The notes under the pieces were generated by a model, which worked only from the letters and a program-made list of their open reading frames with translations, did not search any database and was not told the DNA's origin. From positions 87,854,001-87,918,000 of the forward strand of contig OX597823.1 in assembly GCA_951406725.2 (NCBI GenBank): DNA of 64,000 nt, in the 5' to 3' direction. Positions 12,446-26,347 of the stretch are shown piece after piece. Positions within the stretch are counted from its first letter, which is position 1. Every line of letters begins with the position of its first letter. The position numbers and the translations under genes are program-made. Source of the stretch: Octopus vulgaris. Lineage: Eukaryota.

Positions 12446-12917
12446 AATAATTTAATATCTTTATATCTACCGATGATAAAACCAAAGCTTACTCAAACCG
12501 AGTTCTCCTAAAATATCACAAAAACTGTTTGGTTTGATCTCAAATGCTCTAACTGCTATGTACGCATGGAACTCTAATTCAGAAATTGATATTATTATTA
12601 AAGCATACATAAATTTGTCCGCTCTTTCCGTCCTTGTTTTTGTATAAATCACTGTTTTCTTCCAAGGAATCTAATGCTCATAGCTTAGTTTTTCCTTGGG
12701 GCCGGCCAGATTGGAGCAATCCCAAGAATAATCAGACGAAATTGCGAGGATGAGCTGGTGCTTGACTGAGGAAGGAAAACCTCGAATGACCCGAACTTGT
12801 TTTCTTTGTATCGTATATCTCGATGTTCTGTTGTACCTTTTTGTATCACCTAGCTGTCCGGATATTTTGCGTCCTTGTCCCATTTTGTATTATGTATATA
12901 TACATACAAAGACCGTA

Positions 12918-12999
<82 letters not shown>

Positions 13000-13006
<7 letters not shown>

Positions 13007-13227
13007 AAAGCCGTTAGATTCTCTTCAACATTTAAATTTAATTTGCCAAAATATTTTCGTCGCTTTGAGACCGTGACTTGCTCACAGAACAAATTCCGTG
13101 CTGCACGGAATCTAACGGTTTTGTGTGTTTTTAAATGGCTTATAAACACTTTCGACGCAGCAATTGTTTCCCTTCGAGCACACGATCTCAGATCAGGTCA
13201 CTTGCTAAGCAAGTACTTCTCCATTTC
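13000..13227. mobile_element. Second, rearranged copy of the 12.1-kb fold-back family
   Basis: Shares both arm sequences and the tail; central palindrome ATTCCGTGC-T-GCACGGAAT; embedded in (TA)n/(CA)n. Confidence 0.85.
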
Positions 13228-13555
13228 ATATATATATATAGCATGCTCCTAGTGAATCTCTTGCACAAAAATGTGCTTGTCATATGATCGTGTAATAAGT
13301 TAACAACCTTGACGGAAAGACACAATCTATCTGAAATGGTTAATGCAGGTGTTATAGAAAGAAGATAAATAAATGGAGTCAGACAAGTAGTTGTTTTGTT
13401 ATCACTTTGTTATCGTTTTTGCTTAAATCTTTTGTTGTTATAATTATAATAATTTATTCAGTAAATACATTAAAAAAAAATGGTTGAGTTAATGATCAAA
13501 ACAAATTTCTTTTTTTTTGCGTATTTTTATATTTTACAAACAAATAAAACATAAG

Positions 13556-13590
<35 letters not shown>

Positions 13591-13639
13591 GTTATAATAA
13601 TTATAATAATAGTTATGATTATAATAATTATCATAATAA

Positions 13640-13865
13640 TGTCTTACATTGGCACAAGGCCACATATTTGTAGGGGCGGGATACAGTCGACTTTTCTCAC
13701 CTTCAATAAAAAAATCAAATAGGTGATTCTTTTTATCAACTGTAGAGGGATGAGGGGACATATTTTACCACAGTAGGATATAAAACAGAACGTAAAACAA
13801 CCGGAGACAACGGTTCATTTCATTTTGTCTCTGACTGCTCTACTAATTCTACAAGCTTAACACAT
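13640..13865 (-). mobile_element. Degenerate family-A SINE between (AAT)n tracts
   Basis: GGCACAAGGCC..AGTCGAC..TTTTATCAAC..AGGGATGA resembles the other copies. Confidence 0.6.
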
Positions 13866-13867
13866 TT

Positions 13868-13915
<48 letters not shown>

Positions 13916-15442
13916 TGCCATGTTGATTGAAAAATAAATTAAAATTAAAATAACATTTACAAAGACAATTTTTTGCCAATATACACGAATTTCAACAAAC
14001 TTCGGTTAATTAACAACCCCTCCTTTAAGAAAATTGTTGTAAAGCATGTTCAACAAGAGCTTCAAACAAAAAAAAAACGAATTAACATGGTATTTTAACA
14101 TTAGAATCCAACGAAACACGCGATGATTTGTGTCAGCAAAAGTGTAATGCAAATTGAACAAACAGTGGAAGAAAATATTATGGCATGAAAGTCTATAGTT
14201 TCCGGTAGAAGCCAAAATCTGAGAAAAACATTATGTCATTTGATATTGTGTTAATATTTTATATTTTTCCGCTATAAAGAATTCTCCGGGAAGTTTGAGA
14301 CATCGCTTACTTTTTCATGACATAACAATTATTCCCTTGTTTGAAGAGTTTGTAAAATTAAGGTAGCTAAAATGAGAATTTTTTTTTTTAAATGGTTCTG
14401 AGTAAAGAACTGAAATATGGTTGTTCTGCAACATAGACGGAATTGATGCACCTATTATCTTTAGCTTTCATACGTACGAATCTCTTTCAGCCGGTTTTTA
14501 ACCATTCAAAGATATTGACACGTAACAAATTATGCCAGAAATGCTACAGGAAAACCTAAATGAATGTGTTTAATTTGTTGGTTAATTATAAAGAAGAAAG
14601 AAAAGATACCGTTCAATGAACAACACACACACACACATACACACACACACGTATTTACTAACATATATATAATATGTATATAACTGTATATATATATATG
14701 TATATATATTAATATACATTTATATATACTTATGCATGCATATATACATACATATATGTGTATATATATTTACACATTTTGTAAATTTGTATATGTATAT
14801 ATGTATATTACAGCTAAAGATAAAAAGTATAAATTTCTTTTTGAATATTAATCCTCGACATGTAAAGTAACAAGAATTCCCTATAAATTTAAACTAGGTG
14901 GAAATCGAACTACAAAATTAAAGTTACTACTCACCAAATATATTTGAAAGATAACGGAGAGCTTAGTTATAAATTGACTAAATAAATACTTCCATTAAAA
15001 TTTGTGGCCTCTAGTGATAACATGGCCAGCTAAAACGTACTAAATCAAAGAGAAACTTCACAATTCTCAACACCAGAAAACACTTGAATAATATGCAACT
15101 TGCATAGTTAAGTATAGTAAACTCCTATGGTTTAAATGTTTATCCTGGCGAAGAAATGTAATAAAATTTTCAAAATCAAATAATGAGGAAATCTTGAACT
15201 TCAAAATTGATATACTTTATCACTTTTTATAGGTTTTCACTCCTGTTTCTTTAGACAATACATATCCAAACGCACAAACATACAAGCATACACATGCAAA
15301 CACATATGTATGCATATACATAGATATATATGCACATATATAAATTTATGTATTTGCATATGTGTATATATATATATGTAATATCTATATAAATATACAT
15401 ATATATGTATATCATTATTATTATCTATATCTGTATATATAC

Positions 15443-15499
<57 letters not shown>

Positions 15500-15818
15500 T
15501 TTGTGTGTGTATGTGCAGGTATGTACGTATGTATTTATTTATGTGATCAAAGCAACTTCTGGTATATCAATTTTAGGGCTAGATATAACTAAAATATAAT
15601 TCTATAAACTATTTAATTAAGCATTAGTGATTATTTCCGTGGGTTCTGATTGTTGCTAACATTTTCCTTGTGAAATACATTTTATTAAAAGTTACCGATA
15701 CAATATTTCCAAACATTTTGCCGATATTTTTGATTTTATGTTTATATACAATTTACATTTGTAATTATGTATGTATCTTCTCATCAGGTTTGATATTTTC
15801 AACTGAATATATACATAT

Positions 15819-15869
<51 letters not shown>

Positions 15870-17212
15870 TATTCGTATACTCATATATATACACACATCT
15901 ATTCGTATACTTATATATATATATATATGTGCGTGTATATATATATACGTTTATAGGGTATATACAAATATATATATATATGCATGCGTATATATACATG
16001 TGTGTGTATTCATATTTGTGTTTATGTAGACATATATACATATATGTATATACGCATATATACATATATATCTTTTAATGTGTGTGTGTCTCTGTGTGTG
16101 TTGCCTGCGTGCCTGTGTCTGTTTGTGTAAGGAAACCCTTCATAATCCAAAGTTTCTGACTCCCTGATGCAAACCAGTCTGACGAAACTTTGAAATCGCT
16201 GTTAAACTTTTCTGAATAAGATTTCGGAAATGTGTATCTACGAAAAAGTGTTGAGTAATATTTCAGTTTACTGTTATGTTGATTTTATAAATAAGTTGAC
16301 ATACACAAACGTCGATATAAGCCCAACGATTGCAAACACATACAAGTTCCCAGACAAGCTTTAAACATACATACATGCATACAACACTCATACGTATCTA
16401 AAATTTCATTATACACATGAATATAAAATACGTTTATAGTTTAACTAAACGATTTGAAAATATTTATTTATAAAATGTGTATACACAATTTTGAAGCATT
16501 CTGTATGCGAATACATTAACAGATTAGTATACGTATTATGTACAAGTATTAAATTTTAACCCCAGTTTCTTTCTTCCAACTGTGTAAAGCTTGCTTACTC
16601 TGAAAAATTACTGCCCAAATATATTGGTAATGGAAACATGCAATTTCTCAGTAAGACCTCTTACGTACGAGTACATTCCAATCACAAAACATAACTACGA
16701 TTATTGAAAGTAAAGCATATATTGGTAATAATATCCTAGTACTTTCGCTCCGTATTTGATAGCATAATTCTGATGCATTGTAAGTGCATTTTTTATTTTT
16801 ATTGAGCACATTCTAGGTAGTTTCATTGAGCTCGTCTTGTGAATAAATACGCATTAATGTCATTAATATATTCGTGTTATGAATAAACTTATTTCGTATT
16901 TCATACTTTTTCTCCATTATCCAATCTTAAATATTATATTTTTCCCTCTCAGTAAACTCTTTCACGGAAACATTTATTTCTGTTGTCAGAAATCTCTATC
17001 TCTCCCTGACCGTGTGTCACTCGTCTCATGCATTTCTTAAATTCCTCCTATAAGAAGACTACCAGCCATCATTGTTTTTATATATTTTCGTCATTTAATG
17101 ATAGGTTATTCATAACTGTTTGTCAGACATAGATATGCGCACATGGACAAACATATAGCAAGTATACATATGTGTGTATATGTGTGTGTACGTGCGTGTG
17201 TGTGTATGTACA

Positions 17213-17246
<34 letters not shown>

Positions 17247-19297
17247 CTTATACGTGTGTTTGTGTCTCTGTGTGTAGGTATCTATAAAGCAAATTATTTG
17301 AAGTTGTGTCATATTGATTCACCAGCTATGACAATTCTGTTCCAAAAAAACATTGCGTAGTCTGACTCGAGTTAAGACATCCAAATGCATATAGATAAAT
17401 AGATAGGTAGAATTTTTATATTAATACACGGATAGATAGATAGATAGATAGATATGTATATAGAAAGATATAGAGATATTTGTGTTATTACTCTAAGTTA
17501 AGTGGGTGTAGACAACATAGATTATTGGGAGAGTGATTTCATTGCTTGCTAAATTTAATATCACTATCCATCTAGGTGGAACTATTATGACCGAGACAAC
17601 CAAATCAACTCAGTTATGGATCTGCGATACTAATATAATTTTTTATGTTTAGTAATATTTTCCTCAGATAAAATTTATGACATCATATGTTGTGCTAAAA
17701 AAAGGTACATGGTCAATACAAGATTTGCTTTAAATACGGTCATGAACGTAAAATAGCTGGAATGATCTGAAAACAATGCGATTCATATTTCTTATAGTTC
17801 TTCGAATTTCGAAACTTAATTACCAGAGTCTAATGAATTACTGTTCCATCGGGTTTCAAATAAGTACATATGTGAATAAATATGAATATATTGCATTCAA
17901 ATTATAGAATATCCTAACGCTGAAGAAGACACTGAATCGGATTTAAGTGCAATGCATTTCCCGGTGAATGAAACAAGAACTGAATAATCGAATATCTTTT
18001 ACAGACCTACTGCATTTTAATTTTAAAATATGAAGAAAACTTTAAAGGCCATCTTAGATCACATATTTGTAGCAAGATATATTGTGGAATACTTGTTCTT
18101 TGTCGATTTTCAAATCACAAGACGTATAATTGAGCGAGATATTGGCACTGTTCAACTTCCACTTTAGTATGAAGTACATCATATGCGTGCAAAAGTACAC
18201 AAGAAATATTAACATCGTTGAAGAACATATCTCGTCTGTGTCCAATATTAGGTAACCGAAAAACTTTTACTGGATTCATAAAGTGTAGTGCAGCATGCTA
18301 ATATATATTAAATTCTTCACTTTCGAGTTTTCTGTGTAAGTTTTAATATTTTCCATCAACTGTTTTACTACTTTCTTTCTTTCTTATAGCCTTGTCATTT
18401 TTAGAGTGATAAAAATAGTATAAGATATAAAATAGAAAAACTAAAGAAGATCTAGCTGTGCTCTAGATTCTACTCACCAGAAGACGTGCAAGTACACGAC
18501 TAATGTTTTAGCATATTTATGAAATAATGAGAGCAATATGTGTAAAATTCAATTACCAACTAATATTGTTGTGCCGAAACAATTGTAATGATTTGGAATA
18601 AAGCCTATTCAATCCATCTTCTTGTATTATAATATACACTCACACACACATACAAACACACAAATGTAATTATTCCGTTTAATTGTAATTGTCACACGAA
18701 CAACACAAAAAGTATTTCACATTTAGGAAAAAAACCCAGAAAGTTTAGATTCACTTTTGCCTTGCCTTCAATGACAACGAAGAGCTTAATAGCAAATTTG
18801 AAATCGGCAGAAATTTTTCTCGATACATGTGAAATAATTATATATAACTTTAAACAATTTATATATGAATACTGACATCAAACGTATTTATAAACCTAGC
18901 AAAAATATGAAAATTCTCTAACGTAGAAGACAGAAAAAATGCTCTCCAGCGATATTATTTCTCGTTTACATGTGACTTACGGCTACAGATTTATATCATG
19001 TAATATACTTTACAGGTTATGTTATAAATTTAGGTATAATTTTATGCGTACGATTATAATATAGCAGGGTACCATTACCGTATAGAGAGGAAAAAAAAAC
19101 GTATTTTTATTTCAAGTTTCCAATATATACTAGCGAATAGAAAATGTTAATAAGTACGAAACCCACATAATCTCGTTGGTATAATAGGTATTATCATGTC
19201 TACATGTCTTGCGTTATGTGTTTCAAGTAGTAGTGAAGAATTAAAGAGAATATGAGTATATACATACATACATACATACATATATATTTATATATAC

Positions 19298-19349
<52 letters not shown>

Positions 19350-20145
19350 CATAAATATAGAAATACACAGTTATAAATATAGTTATACACAGTTTCAGGC
19401 ATAGATACATACATATATTCAAGCTTACATCTATTTTACTGTTGGAGTGTTTGAATGAAAGATGAATTGATTGATATTTTTCGAGTGATTATAATCGTTA
19501 AATGTTTTACAATAAAACAACAATTGATTTAATTCATAAAATTGCAAAGCCTTTTATCGTCCGAATGAGAATGTATTTCAACACAAAATCTACATATAAA
19601 ATCGACATGAAACATATCTTGAACCACATAAGAGATTCTTCGTTTTTCTAATACTTTCTCTCATATGGAAATGAAACATAGTTCATTAAGATGTCAAAAG
19701 AGATAAAAATAATAAATAAAGGCTGCAGCTTTAAGTAGAAAAGAGGAGTGAAAAAACTGAGTGTCTTGGCGCATGACAATAAATAAAAGAATAAACCCAC
19801 AAAACAACGTAGATAACCAAATATATGCACACTTACAACCATACATATATTGACGTATAAACAAACACACTTATATATCAAGCTATATATATACATAGAT
19901 ATATATGAATATATATATCTACGTATGTATGTATATGTATATATATATTTATATATACATATATATATATACATACATATATATCACAAATGTATAAATA
20001 TATGCAAATATACATGTATGTTTATGCGAATATACACTTACGTGCATTTACACATACCTACATACATGCATACATACATGTATATGTACAGGTTTATATA
20101 TATATATACATATTTATATGTATATATATTGCGTGTATATATATA

Positions 20146-20374
20146 TTTCTTTATTGCCCACAAGGGGCTAAACATAGAGGGGACAAACAAGGATAGACAA
20201 AGGGATTAAGTCGATTACATCGACTCCAGTGTGTAACTGGTACTTAATTTATCGACCCTGAAAGGATGAACGGCAAAGTGGACCTTGGCGGAATTTGAAC
20301 TCAGAACGTAGGGGCAGACGAAATACCGCTAAGCATTTCGCCCGGCGCGCTAACGTTTCTGCCAGCTCGCCACC
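20146..20374 (-). mobile_element. Full-length family-A SINE with apparent target-site duplication
   Basis: Minus-strand head GGTGGCGAGCTGGCAGAAACGTTAG..GAGTTCAAATTCC; TTGCGTGTATATATATAT on both sides. Confidence 0.9.
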
Positions 20375-20420
20375 TTTGCGTGTATATATATATATACATA
20401 CACACATACATCTATATATA

Positions 20421-20465
<45 letters not shown>

Positions 20466-20536
20466 TTATATGTATATATATTGCGTGTATATATATATAT
20501 ATATATATATACATATTTATATGTATATATATTGCG

Positions 20537-20567
<31 letters not shown>

Positions 20568-21312
20568 TTATATGTATATATATTGCGTGTATATATATAT
20601 ATATATATATATACATATTTATATGTATATATATTGCGTGTATATATATATACACAGATATATATATATGCATATATATGTACACGTTTTGATATCTCTG
20701 GCTGTCATAATTATAAAACGTTTAGGAATCCACGAATTAAATCTGTTTGGAAATCATTCTACATTTATTCCTTATTTTCAAATGTCATAAGAAACATTAT
20801 CGTCTTTTCTTTTTGTTCTTCATATTACTGGCGACCTGTAATTGACGCTTTTATTTGTGAATCAATTCCAATCCTTGAATGATATATGAGAAAATGAAAA
20901 TTGCTTTAATTTTTCTCCTTTTGATTTGAAATTATTTTTCGTTCCGCGTTCCTCTGTTTTGTGTTTTTGTCAAACTTGGACTTAAATATTTTTATCGCTC
21001 TTAAATATTTTTCATTGTTTTATATTTTCTTGGCGTATTTTTTTCCAAGTATTTCCAATTATATGTATTGAAATCCTTTCAACAATGTTATATTATTATA
21101 CATTCAAAATATTTGCCAGTGTTTTTCATCATTTATATCTAGAATTTCTTTAATAATTAAAGAAACTGATCTGTCTATGTATGGTAATTTTACTCTCTAA
21201 GTTGTTGCCTCTGTTATTTTTATTTCCAAGTTAGTAAGAAAAGCAAATATAATAATAATAAAAATAATAATAATAATGATAATTATGAAAATAATAATAA
21301 TTTTAATAATAA

Positions 21313-21955
21313 TTTCTACTACAGGCAGAAGGCCTGAAATGTTGGAGGGGGTCTGGGACTAGTCGGTTAGATTCAGTCCAGTAATCAAATGGTACTTATT
21401 TTATTGACCCCGAAAGTTTATTTCAGTGGAAATTGAACATAATAATAATAATAATTTTCTACATTTGGAACAAAGCCTGAAACTTGGAGGAGCGGTATAG
21501 TTGATTACAGTGACACCCAGTACTCAACTGGTACTTATTCCATTGTTCCCATACCAATTTTTCAGAAGAAAGCACAAGGCCTGAAAGTTTTGGAAGGGTG
21601 TACTCTATTACATCGGCGTCAGATCTTGAAAGGTACTTCATTTATCGATCCCGAATTGATAAAAGACACAGTCGACAACAGCAGAATTTAAAATCAGAAT
21701 ATAGGGAGTCGACAATAATAATAATAATAATAATAATAATAGTTTCAAATATTGCCACAAGAGCAGCCATTTTGAAGTAGGGGATGAGTCGATGATATTG
21801 ACCCCAGTATTTAACTGGTACTAAACTTTTCGATTTCGAAATGATGAAAAGCGAAGTAGAACACAGCATAATTTGAACTCAGAACGTAACGAGAGTTCAA
21901 ATACCGCTAAGCATTTCGGCCGGCATGCTAACGATTCTACCAACTCATCACCTTG
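21313..21955 (-). mobile_element. Cluster of about 4 co-oriented family-A SINE copies, mostly separated by (AAT)n
   Basis: Repeated AAGGCCTGAAA..GTCG/GATTACA..GGTACTTA motifs; the last copy retains a tRNA-like head. Confidence 0.8.
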
Positions 21956-22208
21956 ATAATAATAATAATAATAACATAATGGATTTGTTGAGGATAGCTG
22001 TAGAATTGAATTATAAGGAATAACAATAAAAACATGTTAAATATATGATACAGTTGAAACAAATTTTAAATATAAACCAAATTAATCCAATTTATTTAAA
22101 ATTAACACTTGCTTAACTATCATTTCAAAAATAATTTAACAATAATGGACACGAGAAAAATTTTCAATGTATATTGCAATATAACATTTGGGTTGTAGTA
22201 CTTCTCTG

Positions 22209-22254
<46 letters not shown>

Positions 22255-22259
<5 letters not shown>

Positions 22260-22671
22260 TATATATATATATGCATAAGTCGATATATGTATATATATAT
22301 GCATAAGTCGATATATGTATATATGTATATGCATAAGTCGATATATGTATATATATGCATAAGTCGATATATGTATATATGTATATGCATAAGTCGATAT
22401 ATGTATATATATGCATAAGTCGATATATGTATATATATATATATGCATAAGTCGATATATGTATATATATATATATATGCATAAGTCGATATATGTATAT
22501 ATATATATATATATGCATAAGTCGATATATGTATATATATATATATATATTCATAAGTCGATATATGTATATATATATATATATGCATAAGTCGATATAT
22601 GTATATATATATATATCTATATATGCATAAGTCGATATATGTATATATATATATATATATGCATAAGTCGA

Positions 22672-22709
<38 letters not shown>

Positions 22710-23020
22710 TGAGTCGATATATGTATATATATATATATATGTGCATAAGTTGATATATGTATATACGTATATATATATATATGCATAAGTCGATATATGT
22801 GTATATATATATATAATATATATATATATGCATAAGTCGATATATGTATATATATATATATATATAATATATATATGCATAAGTCGATATATGTATATAT
22901 ATATATAATATATATATGCATGAGTCGATATATGTGTGTATATATATATAATATATATATGCATAAGTCGATATATGTGTATATATATATAATATATATA
23001 TGTATAAGTCGATACATGTG

Positions 23021-23052
<32 letters not shown>

Positions 23053-23120
23053 ATATATATATGCAAAAGTCGATATATGTATATATATAATATGTATATG
23101 CATAAGTCGATATATGTATA
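22255..23120. repeat. Minisatellite: about 23 copies of GCATAAGTCG separated by variable (AT)n
   Basis: Counted by eye; variant cores GCATGAGTCG, GCATAAGTTG and GCAAAAGTCG. Confidence 0.95.
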
Positions 23121-23380
23121 TATGTATGTATGTATATATATATATATATTTATTCTTATGTATTTACTCATATAAATACGTATATATGTATATATACTAC
23201 TCAAGATAAAAACGAAATTTTTTTTATTTTTGGAATTCAGTGTAAATATGAATTCTTTGTCTGATCAGTTTTAAAAATGTATCACGAATTCTTTTTTAAT
23301 GAAAAAATACCTTTTACAAAATAATGGAAGCAAATGCGGCAAAAAAATCACGTGAACATAAATAAATGTATATATATATA

Positions 23381-23444
<64 letters not shown>

Positions 23445-23744
23445 AGGAGAGTTCACAAAAAAACAAAAGTCTAAGACAGGTGGTGTAGACAACAAACAGA
23501 TGTATTAGTATAACGCTCGGGAAGTGAAAAAGACTTTATATATATATATATACATATTCTGTTCCACTCCTGTGTTATCCGAATATTCAGGGATTATTCC
23601 GATGGAAATACGCTACACGAAACTAGATTAAGGAAAATATTTACGTAGTTCCAATAAAAATGATTTATTCGACTATAAAGGAGTTTATTATTTATTTCTT
23701 TGGTTTTAGGTGTTATTTGTTGCTCTCGTGAGCAACCTTTCACC

Positions 23745-24821
<1,077 letters not shown>

Positions 24822-26306
24822 TTTCTGTGATCATCACCATGATAATTATAACTGTAATAATAAAAATCTTTATTTTTACTATTATTATTATTAATATTAT
24901 TAGTATTTTTTCATCGTGCTTTTTATAATATTGATCTTGTATTTATGTTTTTATTATCTTTATTAGTATCATTAACGTATGTAATTTTTGTAGCCATCTT
25001 AAGATATTTCGTTTTTTTAATTTTTTTCTTCGTCGACCACAATCGTGTGTCTGTGATTTTGCGTACAGCCAAATGCATTGACATCATGCAAATAATTACA
25101 TTTATAACGATATTTTATCATCTTTTTTTAATCTTATCATTATATTAACAGCGGTTTTATGTGAGGTCCTCCTGCACCCACAAACCCCATTTCCCATTTT
25201 CTGAGAAAAGTGCAGCATTGTCAATCAGGAATGTAGTATTCATGTTGTTTACTTTATAAGTATTATTTCCTGTTATTTATCTTTTATAATGTATATATTA
25301 AGTGTTATATGCTGTGCACAGTGCAGGAACAATATAATTTGTTTTGTTCATTTGGACAGTATCTGCGTGTCCGCTATTCTGTGCAATGGTTAGTGTCATG
25401 TTTTCTTCGTAGGATCGGCTCCTGACTTTTTTTAATATATTTTAGTGAATGGTATATGAACTATAAAATATAAGAGTATTATGTGCAATAATCATTATAG
25501 CTTTGTTTATCAAGTATAGCAGAGTACAGCGTGTAGAATATGTTGCGCTATTTCGTTTCGTAAAGGTAACTTAGAATATATTGTATATGTTGTCTTCAAT
25601 TATAGTATATTGTATCTGTACTGTGTGTTGTGTTTTGATTATGCACATGAACTGCAAGTGTTTTCCTGAAGTACGGGCTGTGCTTAGGAGGTGCAAATCT
25701 TGGAGTGAGCGTAACGTTGTGAGCCCTGATAGTTTCATTCATAGTACACCAATTATTTTTTTGCCGTTTACATTTTCATATTCTTTAGAATTTTTTTCTT
25801 TTACTCATTTTGATTTTTATTATCATATTATTGTTATCGTCATCCTCATCATCATTATTATCCTTACCATTATCATCATCATCTTCCTCGTAATAAATTA
25901 TTGACATTATCGTCATCAACCTTAATATCGTCATAATTTTGATTTACTAAACATTTTAAAATCAAGCAAATTGACTCTGATAGCCATATATATATCTCTC
26001 CCTTTTCTGGACTGGAATAGGGCAACGACACAAAATCTGTTATAGGTTTTGAACCCATTATTTTATGTTTAGACATCAGAGATATTATCATACTTTATGT
26101 AACAAGACATGCGACTGCAATAATCTTGTCATCCGCTTAATTCATCTGTACACTCTAAATACAGATTCATTCTTGATATATATCTCATCTTTTTGTTATC
26201 AATACATTATATCATTTATTACTGCAGTATTAGTATTTTCTTATGGATGCAATTTCATGTGTATCTGTTTGATTTGTTATAATATATAGTATGCGTAACT
26301 ACATAC

Positions 26307-26347
<41 letters not shown>

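Noticed and set aside
13985-14610. Possible non-autonomous DNA element
   Set aside because: The composition is suggestive, but I found no TIR, TSD or second copy to support it.
16160-16215. CTGACGA..GAAA motif
   Set aside because: No convincing stems I-III and no cleavage triplet.
22255-23120. CRISPR-like repeat-spacer appearance
   Set aside because: The core is only 10 nt, the spacers are (AT)n rather than unique sequence, there are no cas genes and the context is eukaryotic.
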